A stretch of 63,195 nucleotides of DNA, filler included, from Sphacelaria rigidula (Eukaryota): NCBI GenBank assembly GCA_964200075.2. It is 10 parts of 10 records of this genome, joined end to end, with 100 filler letters (N's around TTAATTAATTAA, not from the genome) between each part and the next. Parts side by side here need not be neighbours in the genome. Positions count along the whole stretch, not along the records: positions 1 to 6,231 come from CAXNAA020021358.1; positions 6,332 to 12,561 come from CAXNAA020021359.1; 8 more parts are not named here. One strand, given 5' to 3'. The translations under genes and the position numbers were made by a program. The notes under the pieces are model-generated. The model saw nothing but the letters and a program-made list of their open reading frames with translations. It ran no database searches and was not told where the DNA came from. Of the stretch, positions 1 through 11,659 are shown in pieces; position 1 is the stretch's first letter, and each line of letters starts with the position of its first letter.

Positions 1-395
1 ACAAGCAAGCGAGTCATTGCTCGTGATGAAGAAATAGATGACTCGAGCAAACGAGCAAACGAGTCATACCACGTGAAGAAGTAAATGACTCGAGCACGAG
101 CACTAGAGTCATTGCTCGTTGTAGAAAAAAAATCATAGCGCGAGCACTCGAGTCATTGCTCGTTGTGGAAAAAATATAATGGGGCAAGCACTCGAGTCAT
201 TGCTCGTTGCGGAAAAAATGATTAGGGCGAGCGCTCGAGTCATTGTCGTGGAAAAAATGAATAGGGCGAGCGCTCGAGTCATTGCTCGTTGTGAAAAAAA
301 GTAATGACTCGAGCACACGAGTCATGCTCGTTGTCTTCTGGAAAAACACCCACGAGTGCACTAGTCTAAACGAGTAATGACTCGTCCGACCTGTG
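1..395 (-). mobile_element. Partial non-autonomous TIR element with ~43-bp internal tandem array (same family as 17317-18424)
   Basis: Repeated CTCGAGTCATTGCTCGTTGT units; 300-390 is the reverse complement of 17320-17410 and ends in CTCGTCCGAC. Confidence 0.7.
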
Positions 396-528
396 ATTTT
401 TCTCCATGTATGCTTCCACCTTATTCCACAGAAGATATGGCCAGCTACCGCCTCAGGTAGTTGCGTGTTCATGTGTGAGGGCTACTGCCGATGATGTCAT
501 GAGACCACCGCAGTGAGCAACATATTTT

Positions 529-967
529 TCAAAACCTATCGTTGGCGTCACTGGCTATCGATATTAATAGGTGCTCCCGAGAACAATCCATTGTTGACGG
601 CAATAACCATTTTGATAGATACCCAAAAATGCATTGTTGGCAGAAGAAGCTACCGATAGACGGCTCACCAAATCTGTTGATGACGGTAATTGGTAGTGAT
701 AGATGGCTCACCCAATCTACTGATGACGGCAATGATTATCGATGGATGGCTCACCAAACATATTGACGACAATGGCTATCAAAATAAACATCCCAGAACC
801 TATTGCGGTACACGATTCCCATCGATGGCGAGTGGTATCAATCTATTGTAATTGCTATAGGTTATCGATCAACTATTGCAACATCTATTGTCCCTTGCAA
901 TACACATTAATCGATGCGTTTCACCATCTATCGTGTTCGACAAAATATACCGATAGGTTTTCCCCGT
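529..967. repeat. Degenerate repeat element rich in CTATCG/CGATAG motifs
   Basis: AAAACCTATCG near 531 and its reverse complement CGATAGGTTTT near 951; short internal repeats such as GGCTCACC. Confidence 0.4.
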
Positions 968-1539
968 GTCAATTACTGAAGCAACTGATTACTATTGTGT
1001 CCATTGTCCAGTCAAGTTACAGCATGTACATTTCTGTCATTCAGTATGCACAGAGTTACTCGTCGTACACCGCCCTCCCCAGCATAGCGGCCGTGACACT
1101 GCGATGGTGGTGGGTCGGTAAACACCAATCTTGCCAAAGCCAGCGTGCGACTCAATACTGATGATTCAGTGATCACCGCCACTCAAAAGTCATTATCCAG
1201 CCGGCAAATTTGCTCCCCGATGGTCACAAGAACAACTGACACACCAAAACTCCTCGGTTTTGGGCTGCTCACGTCTAGGCGAACCCTGGGTGATCGACAT
1301 GATCATTCAATTCCGTGAACTGGTGAAGAAACAGGAGGAACAAGGTTTTTGCCAATTTGATTTGGTCAGTTCCCCATTCTCTACCGCTCCGGGGATGGGG
1401 GGGGGGCGTCACTTCCCGATGTGGGGCCCCTCGCGGTTTTAGGGATATATCGATCCCATACACGAACCGTTTTCTAAATCTCTTCTTTGGGTTAGATTCC
1501 CAAGATGTGGATGATACTGGATAAAAATCATATCGGGAA

Positions 1540-1770
1540 TTCGCGTTTCTGATCTCTCCAACCGATTTGAAGGCCCCTTGTTGGCTGAAAAACATTTTCA
1601 CTATTATACCAGCGTCACCGCAAAGGACACGAGAAAAAGTCTGGCTGTGACTTTGTTCGCTTGCTCGTGGGGGTCACAATCAATATGATACCACATATGT
1701 TCCTATTGGGTCAGTTTTGCGTTCTGTATCTAGTGCGGAATAATTTTTCGATAGTCAACCTGAACTGGCC
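1540..1770 (+). repeat. Dispersed repeat shared with 51270-51500
   Basis: CTATTGGGTC.GTTTTGCGTTCTGTATCTAGTG.GGAATAATTTTT and its flanks occur in both segments. Confidence 0.65.
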
Positions 1771-1988
1771 TGTAGAAGTGCTTGCACATGGGGGGTGGGG
1801 GCATCATACACGAGATATAACATACATCGTACTGTACACGTACCGTACAGTAGCCAGAACGTGCCAATAAGGTGGGTGGCAAGATCACGGTGAATAACAC
1901 CATATTTCGGCGATGCCACACACATGCCGCATGACAAGAGAAATGTGTGACACTCCACGAGCCTACGCAAGACCACATCCTTACACAC

Positions 1989-2468
1989 CTCGCCCATACC
2001 AGGCAGCACGTATGAGGACATGCCGATGATATCAATCATGATCGATATTAGGAGCTTGGCTTGCCGTGAAAGCAGCTCTTCTTTAGCTTCATTTATGCCA
2101 TCCCCTGGTGGACCATCGCCGCTTCTGTTCTCCCTGACTGCACTCAAAGCTACAGTAGGGACACGAGATGGCGACGATGACGATGGTGGTCGTGGAAGTG
2201 CTTGAGCTCCAAATTTCCCTGTGCTCAATGAGCGTCCATGGGGCGCGATACTATCGCTGTAGCACATTCTCGTTGTTGAACATGTAGATAAGGAGTATCC
2301 TACAGCAACTACTGTTGCTGCCGCAGCTGCTGCAGGTTGTCGTCGGATTTTGGGGTGCTGGTGATGCGTTTGGAGCTGGTGGTGGTGGACAAAAAAGGCA
2401 GTACAACCTTCCAGCAGTGGTCCTGAGCCTATCAGGAAGGATAAAACGGTCAGCGCCAGCATCCTCAT
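1989..2468 (-). CDS. First exon of a probable plastid-targeted small membrane protein of unknown function
   Basis: MRMLALTVLSFLIG..GCTA-FFV signal peptide with an ASAF-like cleavage site, Ser/Arg-rich transit-like region, then hydrophobic KLLISIMIDIIGMSSYVLPGMGE ending at a GAG|GTGTGT donor; 480 bp, phase 0. Confidence 0.7.
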
Positions 2469-2621
2469 CGTTGTGAAAAGCGGGAGGGTGAAGAAGTAGA
2501 AGTTATTATGTATGCATGAGTGCAGGATCACTTTTGACCTGCAGGTCTGAGATGTGCGCGACAACACTCTGTGACCAGGATCTCGAGTGCTGGGCAACCA
2601 CATGAAGGTGCGGCGATTGAT

Positions 2622-2784
2622 ATGGACGGGGCGCAATCCCCTCCCAGGATGTACATGGAGCCGCCAGCGTTCGACATACAGCTCCAAGATTTCGAGATGC
2701 TCCCCTTGCTCAGACTTGAGGCTTATACTTTGTTGCATAGCAGCAGAGCAAGACCAGCAACCAACACCGTCATACCCGAGGAAG
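2622..2784 (+). CDS. Putative first exon of DNA primase large subunit (PRIM2/PriL-like)
   Basis: YMEPPAFDIQLQDFEMLPLLRLE resembles the eukaryotic primase large subunit N-terminal motif YxxPPxxxIxLxxFExxAxxRL; candidate donor GAAG|GTACGA; later exons not identified. Confidence 0.5.
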
Positions 2785-3450
2785 GTACGAGTCTTCTGCT
2801 GTTTGCGCTACTGTACAAGTGCTGCTGTCCGAACATGCATGCGTACAGTCAGTAGCATAGCATTGAAGTTTACGAAGGCTCAAATATAGCGGGCAATATG
2901 TACGTGTAAGATCTTTGAGTTATATTTCCGTTGCAGCCGCCTGAAGATGGACGTGTTGTGGTCGCGCGACTATCGACAACAGGTTGTGTGTTTGTTGCGA
3001 TTCAGCAAATTCAAACGTTAGTTCATTTTCATTCAATCCCCCACGTAGCTAACCTAGTACTAGTACGAGTATCGTATACGCATGTACTCTGAAGCAGGAT
3101 TACTGCCCATCTTCACCTACACTAGTAGTATCGTGTGTACTGAGCGTAAAGCCTGCGTGAGTTATTAGTTAGCGCGGATTCCGCACCGACCGTACTTGTT
3201 CCCGATCAAGATGACCGAAATCGACCTCGGAGTTTCGAGTGCCCCTTGTATACCGGTGTTATATTCATAGTACAATACCTTGTATTTTGAATAGCACAAA
3301 GTTCAAATCGTCGTCACAGATTGAAGTTGAATTACGCCGCACCCCGAGTTAGCCCGAGTTTATTTGCCGTCCTGTAGTGTGGAGGGAAAGAGGTACGGTG
3401 CATTCTCCCGCTGTTGTACTGCATTCTCCACCTGTTGTATTTTTGCCTTA

Positions 3451-3923
3451 GGCTACTGTACTTCTCACGTATCGAAAAGTAAAAGTTGTTGAAAAGTGCT
3501 TTTTTGGCCCTTCTCCGCCGTTTTTGTCCCCAAAAGAGGGCTAGGCGGATGTGGACACCTTTGAAAGACTTGCTCTACTCGCTGAGACCGTTCCAGAGCA
3601 CCTTTGCGTTTCCTGTAGGTCACAGTTTCGTTCTTGGCCATAAATGCATTTTCAATAACAAAGGGTCGAGTTATTGAAAAAACGGCAGTTCCCCCTGTTT
3701 TTCGATAACTTGACCGTTTGTTATTGAAAATGCATTTATGGCCAAGAACGAAACGGTGACCTACAGAAAACGCGAGGGTGCTCTGGAACGGTCTCAGCGA
3801 GTAGAGCAAGTCATTCCAAGGTGTCCACATCCGCCTAGCCCTCATTTGGGGACAAAAATGACGGAGAAGGGCCACAAAATCACTTTTCAACAACTTTTAC
3901 TTTTCGATACATAAGAAGTAGCC
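3451..3923. mobile_element. Foldback MITE, PIF/Harbinger (Tourist)-like
   Basis: Near-complete ~470-bp palindrome centred near 3690; ends GGCTAC...GTAGCC flanked by TTA on both sides. Confidence 0.8.
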
Positions 3924-4347
3924 TTACACCTTTTGCAAGCACATGCTAGGGCCGTTATTATCGACAGAATTTTTCCGGAGATCGCCATGATTTTAGGCGT
4001 GGTCGCACCTGGCGCTTGGCGTTCTCCGGAAATAAAGCGGCTAGAATTTTTTCGCCAAGCCTTCACGTTGGGCGAGCGCCAAATATTTCGACTGCAGCGC
4101 AAAACTCCGCAGAGCTGCCCTTGGCGCACCCCGGAGCGCTCGCAAGCATGCGAGATTAATCAGGAACCTTGCTAGTGACACCCTGGGCTAAATCGTAGAG
4201 TAATAAGCACCGCGGGTTGGCGGTCTCTATCTCCTCAGACGGTGTGTGCCCCGGCAGCGGTGTTGGAGCTGTTGGGGTCAAGCACGGTGGTCGTCCTTTG
4301 CAGACATGCGCGCTTTTGAAGTGAAGAGCAGAAACAATCCAGCAGCT

Positions 4348-4386
<39 letters not shown>

Positions 4387-5304
4387 GGGGAGGCGGACCC
4401 CCGACACAAAAAAAACGCGCCAGATTTAACCCATCCACACNNNNNNNNNNGGGTGGTGGGGGTAAAGACCGGGGGCCGCCTTTTGCAAACAGGCCCCCTT
4501 TTGAAGTAAAAAACAAAAAAAACCCACCACCCCCCCCCCCCCCCCCCCCCGTGTCACAGAGAGGTTGTGAGGAAGACGTTTAGCACAATTATGAACGCCA
4601 TGCATTAGCTTAACCCTATCCTTTATTTTGCCGGGGAATGTAAGCAAACAACGAGATCAGCACCATCTGTAATGAGATATTTCACAGCAATAGTAAATTT
4701 AGATGATAATGAGCCTTGGATGATTGCCGAAATTTCAGACCTTCTCCCATTTTTTTGGTCGTCGATACTAACGGTCCTTACCGCTGCAAACTACCCCACT
4801 AGTCGAACGTCGTTGACCCGCGAGGCCCCTCTTTCTGAGTATGACATAGATTTCAAGATGTCAATTTTGGTGGTCCGACAAGGTGTGGCCAGTCTCCCAG
4901 TTCCAGCCAACCCTTGCGAGAGTAGTGTCGGGAATCTGAGTGTTGTGCTGTTCTTCATTTATGTGCCACCCCTTGCATCTCCCAGACTTCGAAAAGACTT
5001 GTGCTTCCGGGAAAGATTCCAGCGCACGTTCCCGGTCCTTCGGAATCCCGTTGTGATTGATCGATCTAGCACCTTCACATACAAACCAAATAATCTTCTT
5101 GAGGTCCTCCAAAAACTTGTATTCACTCTCAGAAATAAAACGACTTATTGATGAGGTTGGGGCAGTGCTAGTCGGGGCAAAAGCCAAATTCGGCGTGCGA
5201 CGGATCAGAGAAATGATAAATGCTCTGGAATCTTCTCAGAGGCCACAGCGAGTTCTTCCGAGGTTGGCACAACCCCCCTAAAACCCTATTTTGAGTTGGG
5301 CTGT

Positions 5305-5684
5305 ATATTGTGTGTGTGTGTTTGTGTGTTGTCATCCCATCTATTCTGGACGCCAGTCTACACCTTTCGTTATGTGTGGGCGCATCAGCCGGGGTCACAC
5401 AGGAGGCAGGACATGATTCTTTCTTTTTATTCTGTTTTGGTACTCCACCTTCCTTCTGCGGCGCTTGCCTAATTTTTTATTGCGAGAGAGATTCAGCAAT
5501 TCCTTTCCCTCGTCGATCGTGAAGTCGAATTCTGGGTACCCATGAAATAGTCGTTCTCCGCTTTTGGGCATGGTGAGAGAAAAATTCCAGTCAAATTCCA
5601 GTCAGAATGTGACTGCGCCGACAAATTGAGCCCGCGATCCAACCGTCAGAAGCTCCAAGGCTACCAACTGAGCCACCGGGGTGA
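5305..5684 (-). mobile_element. tRNA-derived SINE, family 1
   Basis: Reverse complement of 31072-31436; A-box GGTGGCTCAGTTGG at the head and a CA-rich tail. Confidence 0.75.
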
Positions 5685-6231
5685 TATTGGTCGGTTTCAC
5701 CAGCACAGGATATACATTCGAGATTTTTCCCATAAATATACCAATACGTCTACAATATAACTTGTGATGTATTGGTGTGGTCGCGTGCCACAGGCACGAA
5801 CCGCGGGAGTGCAGTCCAAGTCAACCCCCCCCCTCCACCCCCGATGCATGGAGTTGGCGTCGGTTGGCGACGACGCTTTCAAACACGCCACTCACTGCGT
5901 AAGCTAGGCAACCAGGTTACCGTTTTTTTTTATTGCGCGATTGCGTTTTTTGTTTTTTGCGGTAGCTATGATGGTAGTCGACCTAGATCAAGTTGTGCGG
6001 CGTGGGAGAACCTCCATTGCGCACGATGGGGATGATCATATTGCGTAGTGTTGAAATGGTGAGACGCCCGTGAGGTATTGTAGCGTATAAGCCGTGGCTG
6101 TCTGTCTCTGGAAGTGACAATACCAGAAAGTGAAGCAACTCATTGTAGGCTGTCATCCAAATGCAAGATAATCAGTAGGCTTCGGGCCGAACAATCTTAG
6201 CAGGATGCAGGTCACCCTTCATGCGACTCGC

Positions 6232-6331
6232 NNNNNNNNNNNNNNNNNNNNNNNNNNNNNNNNNNNNNNNNNNNNTTAATTAATTAANNNNNNNNNNNNN
6301 NNNNNNNNNNNNNNNNNNNNNNNNNNNNNNN
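6232..6331. other. Artificial contig linker (first of nine; others start at 12562, 18892, 25222, 31552, 37881, 44210, 50539, 56868)
   Basis: N-run, TTAATTAATTAA (stops in all six frames), N-run; 100 bp each, spaced 6329-6330 bp. Confidence 0.97.
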
Positions 6332-6580
6332 GCTTTTCACTCTCAATCGTATCATCTACTCTCAATCTCACGAAAACACTGTTTACTGTAGACTACACTG
6401 AAAAGGCTGTCCACCTCAACACTCGGGACCGTCCGTACCCCAGAGTCCGGAAGGACTGCCATACAGAAGTAGCGACCGTCGCCCCGTTTGGCCCTATCCT
6501 GCGCGTAAGGTTCGTTCTACAATTCACAGTAGTACCAGTTTGATTGTTTCGATGCTGAGGTCTCATGCTCTAATAAGTTG

Positions 6581-7023
6581 AACAGCCGATCATCGAAATC
6601 GAGGATGGAGCTTCTCATCGAGGATGAGGGCCCGGAGGATTACAACGTTCGTATCCACACCAAATCTTCGAAATATGGTTCTATTTCTTCACCTACTGGT
6701 AGCTATTGACAACTGCTACACGCCCCAAAACATGGATTTCGACAACCGAAATGTTGGGGTCCTAGATGAAGAACCCTTTTTGGAGTGTTTCGGCGATCCG
6801 ATCGGGTCGCTGAAAGTCCCCAAAAATGGTTCTTCACCTAGGACCCCAACATTTCGGTTGTCGAAATCCATATTTTTGGGGCGTGTAGCAGTTCTCAACA
6901 GCTACCAGTAGGTGAAGAAATAGAACCATATTTCGAAGATTTGGTGTGGATACGAACATTGTAATCCTCCGGGTTCTCATCCTCAATGAAAAGCTCCATC
7001 CTCAATTTCGATGGTCGGCTGTT
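6581..7023. mobile_element. Foldback palindromic MITE-like element
   Basis: ~440-bp near-perfect inverted repeat centred at GCGATCCGATCGGGTCGC; related sequence at 18495-18555 and 31652-31955. Confidence 0.8.
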
Positions 7024-7479
7024 TTTGGTCCAAAATAAACAGAGGATCCTGGACAATGTACACAGACGCGATACAAAAATATAATGAAAGAGAAAGAAAT
7101 GCTAACCTCTCAAGATCCGGTGCCATAGGCGACATTCGGGCTACTTGAGGCAGGGTCCAATGGTCCACTCAACGCGCGAGGCTAGACAGAAGTGGAGCCG
7201 AATTCAGGAACCAAGATCACCAACCATAGCGATCAAAATCGCCGGGTAATATTCTTGTACCTCTAGAGGGACAACCATGCGTACGGATGAACTAGGCATA
7301 GCAAGAAAAGCACCACATAACAACACACCACTTCGGGGTAGGGGTACATGAAGGGCAGAATTTTGCAGCGAAAAACACATGAGGAGATGATGGGGGTCCT
7401 GCCACCTCCGCCTTGTTCAGTTCGGTACAAGCCGGCTACACGTTCTTCCATCTACTCCCTACTCTCCCCGAAGATCTCG

Positions 7480-9960
7480 TTTAATCGCACCTATTCGGCT
7501 GGCCTCCTCCTCGTTCTTGTGCCAAAAGGTCATAAACCTCTCCGCTTCCTGCAGCACCCCCGCGTGCCATGGTGTTCCCCCTTCCTGCTTCGCTACTGAG
7601 GGCCAGAGGATACTTTTAACTCCGAACTTCTGTCGGTTGTCGTCCGTGGAACCGTTCGTGGCTCCGAAGGTTTGCAGTTCGTTCCTCAGACACTTGAGCC
7701 AGTTTCGCCCCGGACACCCTGGTCCTGGATCCTTCCCCCCACGAGTGTCCCGAATGCCAGTCGCTTCGGTAGTTGTTCGTCCAGTTGTCTAGCCAGGGCT
7801 CCCACGAACAGCAGTCTCCGTTGCCGTACAATGATTGCAGCACTTTGGCATCCGGTCTCATTGAGGGCCTGGTCGTCCGATAACTGTCGGTATGTGCCAC
7901 GCACGCGGCGGTACGCGATAACTTGCAGGAGGAGCCAGTAGTGTACCGTCCTCAGCAACCGGCAGTGCTTGCGGCGCGGGACCCAAGTCATGAATCCGTA
8001 CAGTAGGGCCCCCATCGCCTCCACCTTCAGCAGTCGGACCTCGAGTCTCCATGGTGCTTTCGGTCGGTCAAAGAGCTCCCGAGAAAACTTTCTGATATAT
8101 GCCCACGCTGCTCTGCTCCGGTTGTTGATCTCTTGTGTGAGCTCGCCATCTTCGGTCGCCAAGTATTGGAGCTTCGCGGTTTGTGCGTACTTCTGGCTCG
8201 TTGATTCGATGATCAGTGGTGAGGAAGGTGGTGTTGGTGGCTTCCCCTTCTGTGGCGATGTTTCCGGTGCTCGCATCAGTAGAGTCCCTATCTTTTTCTC
8301 CGACACCGTCAGTCCGAAGAACCCAAACACGCGCGTACTATAGCGCTCATCATCCTCGTCAAGCGGTCGGGGCACCTCGAGGCGACGATCGCGTCATCGG
8401 CGTATAGCATCATTCATTCCCCACACCGCTCCCTGAACGCGTTCAAGAGGTGCATCCGCCCCCTTCCCCGTCTCCTCGTCGAAATATACCATGTCCTCAA
8501 GGATGATGTCGTCCTCGCTGAATCGCACGAGAACTATCTCAAGCGCTGCAGCAAAACAAATTAAACAGCAGTAGAGACGGCACACATCTTTGCCGCACTC
8601 CCTGGGCGACCTCGAACTACTCCGAAAGCTCCCCATCGTCCATGCGAACGCGGACCTGCATGCGGTTACGGAATTGGCGGATAACTGCCATCATCTCATC
8701 CAGAATACCAGCTCGGGCGAGTATTTGCCATAGAAGCTGTCCGTCGACCGAATCATAGGCTTTTTAGAGGTTGATGAATCACATGAATTGTGGTATTGTC
8801 AGCCGTCGTTCCTGTTCCTGGAGTCGGCGCACTACGAACAACATGTCGACGGTTGATCGATTAGGTCGGAAGCCTCACTGTTCCTCCGGCCGCATTCCGT
8901 GGGTTGCGCAGTAGTCGCTGAGGTGATTGGCCACTACCTTCACAAGCACTCTCGAGGCCAGTGAGATCCCCCTATAGTTGTTACAGTTGGAGCGGTCCGA
9001 TCTCTTGTAGAGCACTTTTACCGTAGCGTCTTTCCACTCCTGCGGTACTCCACGTCCGTGCCATACCTCGACGAGGATGGCAAGGAAGCGTTCGAGAACG
9101 GTAGTCTCGGCGCGACCGTCCATCTTGAGTAGTTCTACGAGGAGGTAGTCGTGTCCCGCCGCTTTCCAGTCTTGCATCCTCCGATCTTCTCGTTTGGTCT
9201 CCTCCAGCGTTGGTTCTGACCCAAGCGGTACCGAATCTCCGGTGGGCAGTGCTGCCGGTCGCTGTTTCATCTCTTCGATGATGACTGGGTTCAGCGTGGG
9301 CGATTTGTTGCTCAGCCAGGCCCAGCAGGGATCAGAAAAATCTTGCCCATCGCATGAGGATCTTGATTTTGTTCCTCAGTAGAACCTTGTTCTCGTCCTT
9401 TATGAACTGCTGCGTTCCTGGTTACCTCCCGTCAAGATCCACCGATCTCTTGAGGTGTTTGTGCAGGCCTCTCACGTCGCAGTCCTTGTAGATCGCCTCT
9501 AGCCTCGCCACATACCTCTCCAGATGTGCATGGACGCCGTCGTCTATCGCAGTACGTTCTCCCTTTCACGCGGCTCTGAGTGCTTTCCATATTGCTGGTG
9601 TCCGGTTTTTCTTCAACAGTCGGCGCCCCTCCCGTCGGTTGGCACGCGCTGAGTCTACTACTGTTGTTGCTCCCGTGTCGGGACTTTCGCACCCGTCCGA
9701 CATACGTGGGATCTGAGTCTTTTTCGGGAGTACTGTCTGTGCTTCTTCGAGTACAGTTTCGGTGAACTCCTTGGCGGCCGCCGGTGTGGCAGTGGGTGGC
9801 TGGTATGCTAGTTCGCTGAGGTTGTGGAGGAGAATCTCGGTCACATGCTGCCGTGCTGTTTCGATCTGCAGCTGCTGCCGATGAATTGCCGCTACTTCGA
9901 TTTTGTTCGTATGGTACGGCTGTGGACGAGGCGACTACAGGTGTCATCGAACTCTATTCC
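7480..9960 (-). mobile_element. Decayed non-LTR retrotransposon (RTE-like LINE), reverse transcriptase region
   Basis: PQEWKDATVKVLYK..DRSNCNNYRGISL, QYLATEDGELTQEINNR, QRRLLFVGALARQ..LPKRL; many stops and frameshifts. Confidence 0.9.
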
Positions 9961-10450
9961 GCTTTTTTCGAACGTGTCTAGACATGATCAAACCGAGAAT
10001 ACTTTCGTGAGAAGTAAAGTGCTGCCGTCAGTGTTTCGGAAAAGAGACTCCGTCGCTGGAAACGTTTTATTGATGTAAAAATAGGAAATTTCATAGATGA
10101 GAAACTCGGAGGCTCTTAGGATTCTTTTCCTAGGACCCGAAAAATCTCTAGCATCATGCTCTTCAAAGACGAGAAAATCAGATGAAAGCGGCTTCCCTCA
10201 CCTGCATGGTGAGAGTCGTTTCGAATTCACGAAAGAAGATACAGCTAGCTTTAGTCACCAAAGCAACAGCACGCGACCAAGCTAGGGGAAGTTCAACTGA
10301 TAGGTAAAACCCTTAGTTGGTTGTTTCTGCAAAACGGATCCGGGAAAATTTGAAGTTTCGAAAGGTGGGTTCTGCCCCATTCGAAAATTCACCGCCATTT
10401 TCCAGGATCCTCTGTTGATAGCTGAGCCGCCATCTGTTTCACGGTCTTTT
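9960..10450 (-). pseudogene. Possible decayed retrotransposon gag-like fragment
   Basis: Broken coding-like frames (MAVNFRMGQNPPFETSNFP...) next to the LINE; no diagnostic motif. Confidence 0.2.
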
Positions 10451-11659
10451 TTTCTTGTCTCGTGTACGGGTGCATGCGCTCTTTCTCCCACACCCCCTGT
10501 ATTTTCTGTACTCGCGCTATTTTCTGTACCCACGCTGCAGCTAGCTTCTTTTTACTTGTTCATTCTTTGATTCTGTCAAAAATGTTTTGGGGGTTTTGCA
10601 ATTTTCTCCCTTAGTTGATTTTATATATATTTTTTTCTCTCCTTTTTCAACAAGATCTTCTGCCTTGTGTTTCTTGGGTACAACAACGTTTTCGTGAGAT
10701 GGAGAGTAGAGCGCTGATTGAGAGCGGCTTTGGTCATTCACTTTAACTTGGCCAATTTTTTATTCCGTGTGTGTTTTTCTTTGCCTCATTACTGGCGGGT
10801 GCTTACAGCTACACCTCGATATCCTACACGGGGATATCAAGGGTCTCAGTGGCAAGCTACTACAGACAGCATATCGGGCCTCTTGGAGGGGCATGCCGGA
10901 ACTGAAACAATTCATTCGCTGATCGAGCGCTTTTCACTTTCAACCGCATCCTCTACTCTCAATCCCACGAAAACATTGTCGTACATATCTCTTGTGCGCA
11001 CGACTGCGTCCCTCGAGTATAACTTGATGTTACATTGCGCGCCAACCTGTTGAAAATCATCTCAAATATCATAAATATTTATCCACCCTCTTTGCACGAT
11101 TCTTTTTATCGGTCACCCGACGTGTTCTAGTTTGCGAATGCAGCGGTCTTGATGACAATGTCGACTTGCAAATCGTTCAGTGGATACAGCACGCCAATAT
11201 CGTTTATTGATGTTGCATTGCAATGAGCGAAATCACTTGGGGGAAAGGGGTCGTATGGGATATGCTTGGCCGCCAGCGCAGAGGTCTAGAAGATTTTCGG
11301 GCAAACACGCATAAACAATATCACTTCTCTTGAGAGGGGGGGGTACCCCATTTACTCAAGTGGCAAGCTGAGTGATTCTACGGTAGGGGTGTACTTGTAA
11401 GTCCGAACTGCTTCTGAGGCTGCACACTAAGACCCGCATGATTGTCATGGAGAGGCTCCTAAGGTGCAGAACCCTAGAAAGAAGTTGTGCACCCCCTGTG
11501 ACGAAAATACGCCGTTACGATGAGCTGGTAGTAATAATACGGATAATGACCGTTGGTAGTGATGATCTGGATAATCACCGGGGACACTGGGTCTCAATGT
11601 CGATATTAGTGCTAGTGTTAGTGTTAGTGTTAGTGCTAGAAGCCTGCTGGAAAGGAGTT

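Noticed and set aside
1755..2738. Full 327-aa ORF as a single CDS
   Set aside because: The signal peptide starts at 2468 and a splice donor follows 1989; the extensions are probably UTR, the antisense gene and intron
6276..6287. TTAATTAATTAA as a biological motif
   Set aside because: Always flanked by N runs at fixed spacing; an assembly linker
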